A stretch of DNA of 64,000 nt from Clostridiales bacterium (GTDB lineage Bacteria > Bacillota > Clostridia > Christensenellales > SZUA-584), in assembly GCA_029265435.1 (NCBI GenBank), contig JAJUJH010000001.1, forward strand, positions 484 through 64,483, read 5' to 3'. Each line of letters starts with the position of its first letter. Positions within the stretch are counted from its first letter, which is position 1. Of the stretch, positions 9,519 through 19,179 are shown one piece after another. The notes beneath the pieces are model-generated. The model ran no database searches. It saw only the letters and a list, made by a program, of their open reading frames with translations, and was not told where the DNA came from. The translations under genes and the position numbers were made by a program.

Positions 9519-10376
9519 TTATTCGGCCTTGATATACTTGTCGATGATCTTCTGCACCTCGCCCGAAGCGATAAGCTCCTGAAGCGCGCCGTCGATCTTC
9601 TGAAGCAGATCGTTGTTGTCCTTCGATATGGCGATGGCGTAGTCTTCCAATGCGTATTCCGTTTCCAGTATCTTCAGCCCTTTGGTCTGCGCCACAAATA
9701 CCTTGGCGGGTTCGTTGTCGATCACGACCGCGTCGATCTTGCCCTGCGCGAGAGCCTGAATCGCGTCGGCGCCCTTGCTGTACCGTTCGATCTGGGCAAG
9801 CCCCGTATCAACGTAGTCCCATGTCACATAATAATCGCCCGTGGTGGCAAGCTGAGCGCCGATCGTTTTTCCTTTGAAATCGTCGGCGGATTTGATGTCG
9901 GAATCTTCACGGACGATGATGACCTGTTTGCCTGTCGCATACGATGTGCTGAAATTGACGGCTTGCAGACGCTCGTCGTTCACCGTCATGCCGGCCATGC
10001 CGATATCGACCTTGCCGCTTTGCACGGCGGGAATGATCGAATTGAATTCCATATCCTCGATTTTCAGCGTCATACCCAGTTTGTCGGCAATCAGCTTGGC
10101 AATATCGGCGTCGATGCCCACGATTTCGTCGCCTTCATAATATTCGTACGGCGCAAAAGTGGCGTTGGTGCCCAACGTCAATACATTGCCTTCAGTGCCG
10201 GCGGCTGCGGACTCGCTGGGCGCGGCAGATTCACTCGCTCCGGCGGATTCGCTTGCCGCAGAAGAAGCGGATTCGCTTGCGGACGGCTCGGTGGAAGTCT
10301 GCGGTGCGCAAGCCGCAAATGCGAATGCCGTGCACAATACGAGAACCAGCGATACGGCTGTTTTCAGTGCTTTCAT
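9519..10376 (-). CDS. Polar amino-acid ABC transporter substrate-binding lipoprotein (first gene of the operon)
   Basis: Lipobox FAFAAC, a Ser/Ala/Glu-rich linker, then FAPYEYYEGDEIVGIDADIAKLIADK...DIGMAGMT. Confidence 0.85.
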   Translation of the reverse strand: MKALKTAVSLVLVLCTAFAFAACAPQTSTEPSASESASSAASESAGASESAAPSESAAAGTEGNVLTLGTNATFAPYEYYEGDEIVGIDADIAKLIADKLGMTLKIEDMEFNSIIPAVQSGKVDIGMAGMTVNDERLQAVNFSTSYATGKQVIIVREDSDIKSADDFKGKTIGAQLATTGDYYVTWDYVDTGLAQIERYSKGADAIQALAQGKIDAVVIDNEPAKVFVAQTKGLKILETEYALEDYAIAISKDNNDLLQKIDGALQELIASGEVQKIIDKYIKAE

Positions 10377-10672
10377 TTGGTTTCCCCTTTATTCGAAATT
10401 TAACGTGGTCATTATATTATATTCGGGAAGGTTGTTCAACAAATATTCCTTGCCAAACGGAAATCGCTTGGCAAGGCAGCTCGCTGAAACGGCAAAAAAC
10501 AGCGATTTTAAAAGCAAGCATGCCATTGACGGAGTTTGAAAAGCTTCGGAGTAAAACAGAGGGCCATGCGTTTTTTCAGCCGGCTTGAGTCTGATTCTAA
10601 TATTTGTTATTATAAAACAAATATCGGTTTTAAACAATCGTTCGGCGCTGCCGCAAACGCGGGTGGTGGATT

Positions 10673-12751
10673 ATGAACAGCCTTTTTCGTTTTTTTGTCC
10701 GGCACAAATATCTGGTGATTGCATGCGTGCTGCTTGCATGCGGCGCTTCGGTTTTGGGCATCCCTTTGGAAAAAACAAGCTTTGAGATGTCCGATTTTAT
10801 GCCAAAAGGGGCCAATTCGGTGGCGGGCGGCGAAATTGAAGCAAGGGAGTTTTCTTCGTGCGCTCAAGGCTATCTGCTGCTTGAAAACAAAGAGAACTGG
10901 CGGGCTGAGGCGTTAAAGAAGCGCATTGAAGCGATAGACGGCGTAAAGAGCGTACAATGGATGGACGATACGCTCGATATCTATACGCCCGAGGCGTTTC
11001 TTTCGGAGGATGTGCTTTCACGCTTTAAAAAAGGCGATTGCACGATCATGGTTATTTCGTTTGAGGGCGGCAGCCGGAGCGATTTTTCTGAAGACGCGGT
11101 GAGCGAGATCGGTTCGCTGCTTGAAGACGGCGAATATTTCGGCGGGCAGCCGGTGATACTGAGCGAGCTTCGCCAAACGCTTCACAGGGAACAGCGCCTT
11201 TATCTGCTGATAGCGGGTGCAATCCTTTTGGGCATACTCGCCGTTTCGCTATCCTCTTATATGGCGCCGCTGCTGTGCATACTCAATATCGGCATCGCGA
11301 TAGTGCTCAATTACGGTACGAACTTTCTAGTGCGCAGCCAGGTTTCGTTCTTGACGGTAGCTATTGCGGCGATTTTGCAGCTCGCCATTTCCATGGATTT
11401 TTCGATATTCCTGATCCACCGCTTTGAGGAGGATTTAAAGAACGGCGGCGGCAACGTCAGCATGGCGATGGTATCGTCGATGCGCGCCACGCTGACCGCA
11501 ATATCCTCAAGCGCGCTTACGGACTGCGCCGGATTTGCCGCGCTGATGTTCATGCAGAACCAGATCGGTCTTGATATCGGCATTGTGCTGTGCAAAGGCG
11601 TCGTTTTCAGTCTGATAACCAGCCTCACGTTTCTGCCGTGTGCGATACTCGCCACTTACGGCGTCGGGAAACGCAGCCACCGCGTGCTGATGCCGTCGCT
11701 CGGGCGGCTGTCGGATCCGCTTATCAAATACCGCTTCGTGCTGCTCGGCGTGGCGGCGGCTGCGCTGATTCCCGGCATTATCGGCAGCCAGAATCTGCGC
11801 TATTATTATACGTCCGACAAATTCATGCCGGAGGATGCGAAGCCGATCGTCGCCACCGAAAAAATCAGCGATACGTTCGGCACGACGGATACGGTGCATG
11901 TGCTTTACCGCAGGACGTACGCCGGAGAGGAAGAGGCCGCGGTAAGGCAGATCGGCGCGCTGGACAGCGTGCGCGAGGTATCCGCGTATTCAAACAGCGA
12001 GGCGGCGGCGGTGCCGGATGCGTTCATACCCGACGCGTTCAAAGACGCTTATATCGGCGATACTTACCGCCGGTTTACCGTTACGCTGCGGGGCGGCCTT
12101 GACAACGACACGCTTTTCGCCGCAATCGGCGATATCCGCGGTATCGCGCGTTCGCATTTCGGGGACGACAGCTATGTGACGGGCTCATACGCGAGCGCGG
12201 CGGATATGGCCTCGACGGCAAAAACCGATAATATGGCGGTGGACGTCATTTCGGTGCTGTTCATCTTCTTGATCGTAATGGCCGCGTTCAAGTCTTTGCT
12301 GATCCCTGTATTTTTGGTTGCCGTTATCAAGGCGGCAATCTATATCAACGTCGGCTGGGGCTTTTACTTCGGAGAGGATATGATTTTCATCACGCCCGTG
12401 CTTGTCAATTCGATACAGCTCGGCGCGACGGTGGACTATGCGATACTTTTCACATCGCGGTATGTGGAATTCCGCCGGCAATCGGGCGACGCCAAAACGG
12501 CGGTCAGACAGGCGATCGCCGCATCCACGAAGCCCATGCTGACAAGCGTGCTCACTTTTTATTTCGCCACGCTGTCTATCACGACGGTCAGCTCCATCAA
12601 AGCCACGCGAGAGATTGCGTCGGTGGTGGGGCGCGGCGCGCTGATCAGCTTTGTCGTCATCATGTTTGCGCTGCCCGCGTTGTTCATATTGTTCGACAGA
12701 CCGCTTCGGGCCACGACGTTTTCTCTGCGCGAAAGGAGAAAGAAGGGATGA
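10673..12751 (+). CDS. MMPL/RND-superfamily membrane transporter
   Basis: 692 aa with two blocks of about 6 TM helices, each preceded by a soluble loop. Sterol-sensing/MMPL-like segments (ISMDFSIFLIHRFEE, GATVDYAILFTSRY). Confidence 0.8.
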   Translation: MNSLFRFFVRHKYLVIACVLLACGASVLGIPLEKTSFEMSDFMPKGANSVAGGEIEAREFSSCAQGYLLLENKENWRAEALKKRIEAIDGVKSVQWMDDTLDIYTPEAFLSEDVLSRFKKGDCTIMVISFEGGSRSDFSEDAVSEIGSLLEDGEYFGGQPVILSELRQTLHREQRLYLLIAGAILLGILAVSLSSYMAPLLCILNIGIAIVLNYGTNFLVRSQVSFLTVAIAAILQLAISMDFSIFLIHRFEEDLKNGGGNVSMAMVSSMRATLTAISSSALTDCAGFAALMFMQNQIGLDIGIVLCKGVVFSLITSLTFLPCAILATYGVGKRSHRVLMPSLGRLSDPLIKYRFVLLGVAAAALIPGIIGSQNLRYYYTSDKFMPEDAKPIVATEKISDTFGTTDTVHVLYRRTYAGEEEAAVRQIGALDSVREVSAYSNSEAAAVPDAFIPDAFKDAYIGDTYRRFTVTLRGGLDNDTLFAAIGDIRGIARSHFGDDSYVTGSYASAADMASTAKTDNMAVDVISVLFIFLIVMAAFKSLLIPVFLVAVIKAAIYINVGWGFYFGEDMIFITPVLVNSIQLGATVDYAILFTSRYVEFRRQSGDAKTAVRQAIAASTKPMLTSVLTFYFATLSITTVSSIKATREIASVVGRGALISFVVIMFALPALFILFDRPLRATTFSLRERRKKG

Positions 12752-14493
12752 TGCAATTGAAACCCCATAAAAATGTGCTGCGTATCACGGCGGCTGCGGC
12801 GGCGGCAGCCGTTTTTGCGGCGGGCTTTTCGGGAAGCGCCGCGGCAAAGCCTAACCCCGAAAGACAAAAGAGCGAGACGGTTTATGCCGTGCTTTCAAAC
12901 GACGGTGCTTATACGGGAGCGACCGTGGTCAACTGTTTTTATACGGACGGCGAGATCGTGGATTACGGCGAATATGCGTCGGTTGAAAACCTGTCGGGGC
13001 CGGACGCGCCTGTGATCGACGGCGATAAGATCACGTGGCCCGCGGGTCTGGGCGGAAAAGACGGTTTTTACTATCAGGGTGAGACGCAAAAGGCGCTGCC
13101 CGTCAGCTTTGAAATCGCTTACTCGCTGAACGGCCGGACGGCGAGGCCCGAGGAAATCACGGGCCGGACGGGCGAACTGAAGATAGACATCACAATGCGA
13201 AACAATACGGGTACGGGTGAAACCGACGAATTGACCGGACGCGAAATAATGACGCCGTTTGCCGTGCAGATATCCTTTTCCCTGGACGGCGCCATGTATA
13301 CCGTACGGGATATTCCGGAAACGGCGTCCGTGGTGAAGGCGGGCTCCGGCTATACGGTGGCGTACTCGGCGTTTCCTCTGCCCGAAAGCACATTTTCGCT
13401 CATGCTGTTCGGCACAAACATGGCGCTGGAGCCCATCAGCATCGTGGCAATCCCCAAAGCGCTGCCCGGTCTGGACACCTTCGGAGATTATATCGATATT
13501 GATGCGCTCACAAGCGGTGCGGACGACATGCTCGCCGGCGCAGAAGACATGAAGTCCGGCGCGAACGAGCTGCTTAACGGCCTGAAGGAAATGAAAAACG
13601 CCGCAAAACAAACGCAGAGCGGTTTAAAGAGTCTCGCATCCGGCGCGTCGTCGCTGGAAAACGGCGCGGATGCGCTTTATACGAACATCAAGGCGCTGGA
13701 AACCTCGGCGGACAGCTTTTACGCGGGCATGTCGGCGTTTGCGTCGTCATTTGCTTCGTTCGATACCGGCATGGGAACGCTTGAAGCGAATGCAGCGGCG
13801 ACGGCAAAAACCATATCGGATCTTAGCGCGCTGGCCGCAGGCGTTGACGGCGGCATGGGGCAGATGTGCGCGGGACTTGAAGGTCTTGCCGCATCAAACA
13901 AAACGCTGGCGGAAAACGCCGCCGCGCTGGCCGCTTCGGACCCGGCTGCCGCGCCGCTCGCCGCCGGCCTCAACGCACAGCAGGATGCCATTATGAATAT
14001 GACGTCGTCGGCGGGGAGCCTCAAATCCTCATCCGCCCAGCTCGGCGCAGGGCTGGTCCAGTTCAGCGCGGGCTTTACGGGAGATTTTGCCGCCGGTGTG
14101 AGCCAATTACGCGCGGCAAGCGCGTCGCTTTACGCCTCTTGTCTGCAGCTGCTGGACGGCGCATACGGCATAAAGTCGGCCTGCGGCAAGCTCCGCGGCG
14201 CGGCGGGTACGCTTTCGGGAGGCGCCGATGACGTCGCCGAAGGCGCTTCCGAGGCGGCGGCGCAAGCTCCGCAGCTCATTGAGGCGCTCGACCGTCTCAT
14301 CGACGGCATGTGGCGGCTCAAGGACGGCATTTCGGATTTGGATGAGGACGGCTTAAGGCCGCTCAAAGACGATTTCGACGGCATGCAGGCATATCTGAAC
14401 GCGCTGTCGGAGAAGGCCGAAAGCTATAGGTCGTTTATGGACGGCCGAAACAATGCCTCCGTACAGTTCATACTCAAGACGAAAGGTTTTTGA
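12748..14493 (+). CDS. Secreted protein: N-terminal beta-rich domain plus a long Ala/Gly/Leu-rich heptad-repeat coiled coil (YhgE/Pip-like central region), with no membrane domain
   Basis: ATGA start/stop overlap with the MMPL gene. Signal peptide (AAAAAAAVFAAGFSGSAAA). Repeats such as LAGAEDMKSGANELLNGLKEMKNAAKQTQSGLKSLASGASSLENGADAL. Confidence 0.6.
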   Translation: MMQLKPHKNVLRITAAAAAAAVFAAGFSGSAAAKPNPERQKSETVYAVLSNDGAYTGATVVNCFYTDGEIVDYGEYASVENLSGPDAPVIDGDKITWPAGLGGKDGFYYQGETQKALPVSFEIAYSLNGRTARPEEITGRTGELKIDITMRNNTGTGETDELTGREIMTPFAVQISFSLDGAMYTVRDIPETASVVKAGSGYTVAYSAFPLPESTFSLMLFGTNMALEPISIVAIPKALPGLDTFGDYIDIDALTSGADDMLAGAEDMKSGANELLNGLKEMKNAAKQTQSGLKSLASGASSLENGADALYTNIKALETSADSFYAGMSAFASSFASFDTGMGTLEANAAATAKTISDLSALAAGVDGGMGQMCAGLEGLAASNKTLAENAAALAASDPAAAPLAAGLNAQQDAIMNMTSSAGSLKSSSAQLGAGLVQFSAGFTGDFAAGVSQLRAASASLYASCLQLLDGAYGIKSACGKLRGAAGTLSGGADDVAEGASEAAAQAPQLIEALDRLIDGMWRLKDGISDLDEDGLRPLKDDFDGMQAYLNALSEKAESYRSFMDGRNNASVQFILKTKGF

Positions 14494-14577
14494 GCCGAAA
14501 AGGGCGCCGTGCAAAAATCTTGGCTGAAGGCGGCGGCTGTGGTATATTGGCGTTAATCCATATCGGGAGGCCGTTTG

Positions 14578-15564
14578 ATGCTCAGGCGATTTTATTTTCA
14601 TAGGTCGGATTCTTTATGCCCATGGCACAACCTTGCGGTGGAGGAGCATATACTGCTCACGTTGCCGCCCGAAACATGCGTGATGTATCTGTATCAGAAT
14701 CAGAACACTGTTGTGATCGGCAAGAACCAGAACGCGTGGAAGGAATGCCGTCACACGCTGCTCCAAAGCGAGGGCGGCAAGCTCGCTCGCCGCATATCCG
14801 GCGGCGGCGCGGTGTTTCATGATTTGGGCAACCTCAATTTTTCATTCATCGTGGATAAAGCCGGATACGATCTGAACCGGCAGCTCGGCGTGATACTTGA
14901 CGCCGTAAAGTCGTTGGGTGTTGAGGCGGAGTTCTCGGGGCGAAACGATATCCTTTCGCAGGGTGCGAAATTTTCGGGCAATGCGTTTTGTTTCAAAAAG
15001 ACGAGCGCGTTTCACCACGGCACCATATTGATCGATGCGGATATGACGCGGCTTGCGCGCTATCTTTCGGTTTCGCAGGACAAGATCGTTTCCAAAGGTG
15101 TGGAATCGGTGCGTTCGCGCGTCTGCAATCTGAGGGATCGCAACAAAGACATCACCGTTGAAGCGATGGCCGGCGCGCTTTTACAGAGCTTTCAAAGGGC
15201 CTACGGGGCGTATGAACCGCTTTGGAAACTGGACGATGAGGCGGTTGCCGCAATCGAAAAGCGCAACGCGTCGTGGGAATGGCGGCTCGGCAGTTCGCCG
15301 CGTTTCGATATCGAAACGGGCGAGCGGTTTGCATGGGGACGCGTAGATTTTTGTTTTGTGCTGGAAAACGGAAGAATCAAAGATGCGCGCGTTTTTTCCG
15401 ACGCGCTGGATGCGGATCTCATCGACGCGCTGCCGGATGTGCTGATCGGGGCGCCGTTTGAATCCCGTGAGCTTGCGCGGCGTTTGACCGGGATGGCCGT
15501 ATCCGGGGAGCAAAAACGCATGACGGGCGACTTGGCGGATTTTATCATCGGGAAGGGCTATTAA
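14578..15564 (+). CDS. lplA: Lipoate-protein ligase A
   Basis: NLAVEEHIL..., RRISGGGAVFHDLGNLNFSF and GAKFSGNAF (lipoyl-AMP binding lysine motif). GGGAGG RBS 7 nt before the ATG at 14578. Confidence 0.85.
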   Translation: MLRRFYFHRSDSLCPWHNLAVEEHILLTLPPETCVMYLYQNQNTVVIGKNQNAWKECRHTLLQSEGGKLARRISGGGAVFHDLGNLNFSFIVDKAGYDLNRQLGVILDAVKSLGVEAEFSGRNDILSQGAKFSGNAFCFKKTSAFHHGTILIDADMTRLARYLSVSQDKIVSKGVESVRSRVCNLRDRNKDITVEAMAGALLQSFQRAYGAYEPLWKLDDEAVAAIEKRNASWEWRLGSSPRFDIETGERFAWGRVDFCFVLENGRIKDARVFSDALDADLIDALPDVLIGAPFESRELARRLTGMAVSGEQKRMTGDLADFIIGKGY

Positions 15565-16058
15565 CCCTTAAATAAGTCGCAGCAGGGCTCGTGCCCTTCA
15601 ATGGCGCCCACGCTCCCGAGGAACGATTCGCATATTGTGGGGCCGAGAAAGCGGTAGCCGCGCCTTTTGAGGTCGAGGCTGAGCGCGGCGCCGTCCGTAA
15701 AGCGATAAACGTAATCCGAAAAACTGCCCTCCGTCGGAAACTGCAGGGTATGAAGACGCGCGTTGTGAATAACCGCGTCGATCTTGCGGCGGTTGCGGAT
15801 GATGGCGCTGTTTGTCATCAGCGTGTCAGCGTCCCGTTCCGTCATCAGCGCCACCCGCTGCGGGATGAATCCATGAAAGGCGCGGCGGAAGGCCTCGCGC
15901 TTATACAGAACGGTGCGCCATGAAAGCCCCGCCTGAAAGCATTCAAGGCAGAGCTTCTCAAACAGCGCGGCATCGCTGTTTTTGCGCTTGCCGAATTCGT
16001 TGTCGTGATAGTCGCGCAGCAGCTCGTCGCCGCCGCTTGCCCATAAGCATCTGTTCAT
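15561..16058 (-). CDS. tag: DNA-3-methyladenine glycosylase I
   Basis: YHDNEFGKRKNSDAALFEKLCLECFQAGLSWRTVLYKREAFRRAF is the Tag signature. 4-nt convergent overlap with lplA. Confidence 0.85.
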   Translation of the reverse strand: MNRCLWASGGDELLRDYHDNEFGKRKNSDAALFEKLCLECFQAGLSWRTVLYKREAFRRAFHGFIPQRVALMTERDADTLMTNSAIIRNRRKIDAVIHNARLHTLQFPTEGSFSDYVYRFTDGAALSLDLKRRGYRFLGPTICESFLGSVGAIEGHEPCCDLFKG

Positions 16059-16116
16059 GAGATGATTTTATCATAGACGCAAAAAAATGTTAATCTTTTG
16101 TGGCGGTTATGATAAT

Positions 16117-17166
16117 ATGATAAAAAACATTCGGAGGTTTGCTTTGACACAGTATTTAAGCCGCCGCGCCGCGACGATTACCCCGTATGTGGCGGGAGAG
16201 CAGCCTGCGGGCAGCGATATCATCAAGCTCAACACCAACGAAAACCCGTATCCGCCGTCTCCGAAGGCTCTATGCGTGCTGCAAGCCTTTGCGGGCGAGC
16301 GGCTGCGTCTTTATCCGAGGCCCGACGGCGGCAGCCTCAGAAGCGCGGCCGCCAAAGTGTACGGTCTTTCGGAAGACCATATATTCTGCGGCAACGGTTC
16401 CGACGAGGTGCTGGGGCTTGCGTTTCAGGCTTTTTTTGACGGGGACGTCGCGTTTCCCGATATCACATACAGCTTTTATCCCGTTTGGGCGGAGCTTTAC
16501 GGCATCAGCTATAAGCTGGTGCCTCTGAACGCCGATTTCACGATACCCGTGGATGATATGAGAGGAAACGGCGTGGTGTTTGCCAACCCCAACGCGCCCA
16601 CGGGCATTGCGCTTGGCCGGAGCGATATCGAGCGGATATTGCAAAACAACAGCGATCATGTGGTGATCGTGGACGAGGCGTACGCGTCTTTCGGCGCGGG
16701 TACGGTGGCGCCGCTGATCCCCCAATATCCGAATTTGCTGATCGTGTCCACGATGTCGAAGTCGCACGCGCTCGCCGGGCTGCGCGTCGCTTTCGCGATC
16801 GGCCAGCCCCACCTGATCGAGGGGCTGATGCGCATCAAAGACAGCTTTAATTCGTACCCGCTCGATATGGTGGCGCAGGAAACGGCGGCGGCGGCTCTGC
16901 TTGATGAGCCGTATTGCGCGGCCATGAGTGAAAAGATCATCGCGACAAGGGAGAACACAATAAAGCGCCTTGCCGATATCGGCTTTCGCGTTCTGCCGTC
17001 AAGCGCGAATTTTGTGTTCGCGTCGCATCCGCAGGCCAGCGCGGCGGCGCTCAAGGAGTATCTCGCGGACAACGGCATTTATGTGCGGCATTTCAACAAG
17101 CCGCGCATATACGATTATCTGCGCATCACGATCGGTACGGACGCGCAGATGGATAAGCTGATCTAG
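16117..17166 (+). CDS. hisC: Histidinol-phosphate aminotransferase
   Basis: ITPYVAGEQP..., KLNTNENPYPPSP, and STMSKSHALAGLRVAFAI (PLP lysine). The start is ambiguous: ATG at 16117, or TTG at 16144 preceded by GGAGG. Confidence 0.85.
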   Translation: MIKNIRRFALTQYLSRRAATITPYVAGEQPAGSDIIKLNTNENPYPPSPKALCVLQAFAGERLRLYPRPDGGSLRSAAAKVYGLSEDHIFCGNGSDEVLGLAFQAFFDGDVAFPDITYSFYPVWAELYGISYKLVPLNADFTIPVDDMRGNGVVFANPNAPTGIALGRSDIERILQNNSDHVVIVDEAYASFGAGTVAPLIPQYPNLLIVSTMSKSHALAGLRVAFAIGQPHLIEGLMRIKDSFNSYPLDMVAQETAAAALLDEPYCAAMSEKIIATRENTIKRLADIGFRVLPSSANFVFASHPQASAAALKEYLADNGIYVRHFNKPRIYDYLRITIGTDAQMDKLI

Positions 17167-17221
17167 ACGGCGGCGGCTTATATCCGGTCCATATCATGCT
17201 GACGCGGTGAGAGGCGATGCG

Positions 17222-17440
17222 ATGAGCAAATACGACGCGTTATGGAAGCATGTGCAAAGCGACGGAAGGGACGCCTTCATACTGACTTTCGATGAGATCG
17301 GAAAAATCGCCGGAACGGTGCTCGATCATTCCTTTTTGAACTATAAAAAAGAGCTGCTTCAGTACGGCTATGAGGTCGGTAAGATATCGTTGAAGGAGCG
17401 AACGGTCGTTTTTCGCAAGACGAATCAGAACGATGCGTGA
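17222..17440 (+). CDS. Small hypothetical protein (72 aa)
   Basis: ORF MSKYDALWKHVQSDGRDAFILTFDEIGKIAGTVLDHSFLNYKKELLQYGYEVGKISLKERTVVFRK. Normal composition, but I recognise no family with certainty. Confidence 0.4.
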   Translation: MSKYDALWKHVQSDGRDAFILTFDEIGKIAGTVLDHSFLNYKKELLQYGYEVGKISLKERTVVFRKTNQNDA

Positions 17441-17474
17441 ACGGTTCTGGCATTGTTCCGCATGAAAGGCAATC

Positions 17475-18020
17475 TCAAGGCTTAGCGGTATCAATGCCGA
17501 TATATCGGAACGCCTGTTCCAATAGATCCGCAAACATTTCCGGCGGCATGGGCGCGCTGTCTTTGAGCCATTTGATGATGCTTTCACGCACGGCGGCGGT
17601 CAAAAATGCGCAGAAAAAGTCGCGGAAGCCGGTATCGGAAATGCGGTTTTTAAAGGATTCATATGCGAACGATTCGAGCGTTTCCTGAAAGAACTCCGTG
17701 AAAGAATTCTGTCCTTCCACGTTGAAAGCGTTTGAATAAAACGTGCGGTTGGCATACAGATATCCGCATATCGTATTGAAAAACGTGTGCCCGTCGATAT
17801 CGCCGTTCTGTTCGAAAAAAGCGATCAGATCCGTATAGAATATCCAGTTGACGAGCTCATATTTGTCTTTAAAATGGTAATAGAAGCTTTTGCGGCTCAT
17901 GCCGCACTGTTCGCAAATATCGCCGACGCTGATTTTCGAGAAAGCCTTTGTTTCCATGAGCCGTTTCATCGACTCGGCAAGCGCTTTTTTTGTGACTGCG
18001 GGAACCGGCATGTTTTTCAC
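17475..18020 (-). CDS. TetR/AcrR-family transcriptional regulator (DhaS-like C-terminal domain)
   Basis: N-terminal HTH FSKISVGDICEQCGMSRKSFYYHFKDKYELVNWIF. Last gene of the radical-SAM operon, 6 nt after the upstream gene. Confidence 0.8.
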   Translation of the reverse strand: MKNMPVPAVTKKALAESMKRLMETKAFSKISVGDICEQCGMSRKSFYYHFKDKYELVNWIFYTDLIAFFEQNGDIDGHTFFNTICGYLYANRTFYSNAFNVEGQNSFTEFFQETLESFAYESFKNRISDTGFRDFFCAFLTAAVRESIIKWLKDSAPMPPEMFADLLEQAFRYIGIDTAKP

Positions 18021-18026
18021 CTGTTC

Positions 18027-19058
18027 TTATGGGTTCGTGTATGTCACGCGGGGCATCGCCGCGCTCAAAATCTGTTCGAGTGAAGACGTTAATGCGCTGA
18101 CGCTCGCGACGGCGTTGTTTCCGGCCACTACGCTGCCGTCACAGCGTATTTCCGCCATGCACGATTCGGTGGATATCACTCGGTCCACATAATCCACATC
18201 GCCGTAAAGGTCAAACACATACAGCGGATATGCCTGCCGGCTGCGGTAATCGGCGATATGCGCGCTGACTCTTTTTTTCGTTTCCTCGCTGCAGTTATCG
18301 TCGGCAACGAAGAAACCGAAGCTGCATCGGAGCGCATGCCAACGCTTGGCGCAGCGGTCTTTGAGCACATCGGATACATTCGCGTCGTTATAAAGATAGT
18401 GGACGCCGAACAGACGCTTGTTTTGGATAAGCATTGAGACGTGGCGCTCAAAATGCGCTTGTGTGCAGCCGACGGAAATCATCACGTTGAAAAGCGGCGC
18501 CTTGCTTTCACAGAGAACGGCGCTTAACGAATCGGAATTGGAGAATACGATAAACGCGCAGTCCGGGTACGCTTCAAACAGCGAAAGCAGCGGTTTGATT
18601 TCCGAGGTTTTTTGGCCGACAAACACGAAATAGGTAAAAATGCCCATGGACTGGCCCTGCGAGACAATGCCGTGAAAATCGACGGTTTTGGCCGCGTCCA
18701 CATCGCAGTTTAGAAAAATCGTCCACGGGACGTTATAGCCGCATTTGCTTTCATGCTGGCGGATGATGCGCGCGCCATACGTCCACGACATATAGCCGAT
18801 GTTCATGCCCACCGTTTCAAGCGTTTTCGGATCGACATCCTTGATGACCTGTGCGGCCAGCCTGTAATAGACGCTCTTCGGGTTCTTAAGAAGCGACTGC
18901 GCGTTTTGGAAGAACTCCTTCTGCACGCGGGTTTTGGCGACATGCGCGCCAAGGTCCACCATATAGCGGACGCCTCTGTCGGAATCGTTCCGTATGTCGC
19001 GGATGCCTTTTTTGACGGCGTTGGCGACAACGATTTTCGTAAGCTTTGAATGATCCAT
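18027..19058 (-). CDS. Radical-SAM-like paralogue lacking the CxxxCxxC cluster and GGE SAM motifs (probable non-catalytic partner)
   Basis: Colinear similarity to the adjacent 19180..20547 protein: CGYNVPWTIFL / CNVPWAILM, YPDCAFIVFSNS / HPDCSFLAFTNG, KRLFGVHYLY / RRLFGISCCY, YPLYVFDLYGD / KPIFTMDFWND. However, SACNLHCTGCW is replaced by NCDVDAAKTVD, and YSGGEPL by FVGQKTS. Confidence 0.65.
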   Translation of the reverse strand: MDHSKLTKIVVANAVKKGIRDIRNDSDRGVRYMVDLGAHVAKTRVQKEFFQNAQSLLKNPKSVYYRLAAQVIKDVDPKTLETVGMNIGYMSWTYGARIIRQHESKCGYNVPWTIFLNCDVDAAKTVDFHGIVSQGQSMGIFTYFVFVGQKTSEIKPLLSLFEAYPDCAFIVFSNSDSLSAVLCESKAPLFNVMISVGCTQAHFERHVSMLIQNKRLFGVHYLYNDANVSDVLKDRCAKRWHALRCSFGFFVADDNCSEETKKRVSAHIADYRSRQAYPLYVFDLYGDVDYVDRVISTESCMAEIRCDGSVVAGNNAVASVSALTSSLEQILSAAMPRVTYTNP

Positions 19059-19179
19059 TACGGTTACCTGCTTTTTCGGGAATGGGATAGGATGCGCATG
19101 AACCCACTTTTATTATGATATGGCGAAGTTGCCGCGTCAAGGACATACGCATCCTCATTGTGCAGCCGGTTTTGACTTT

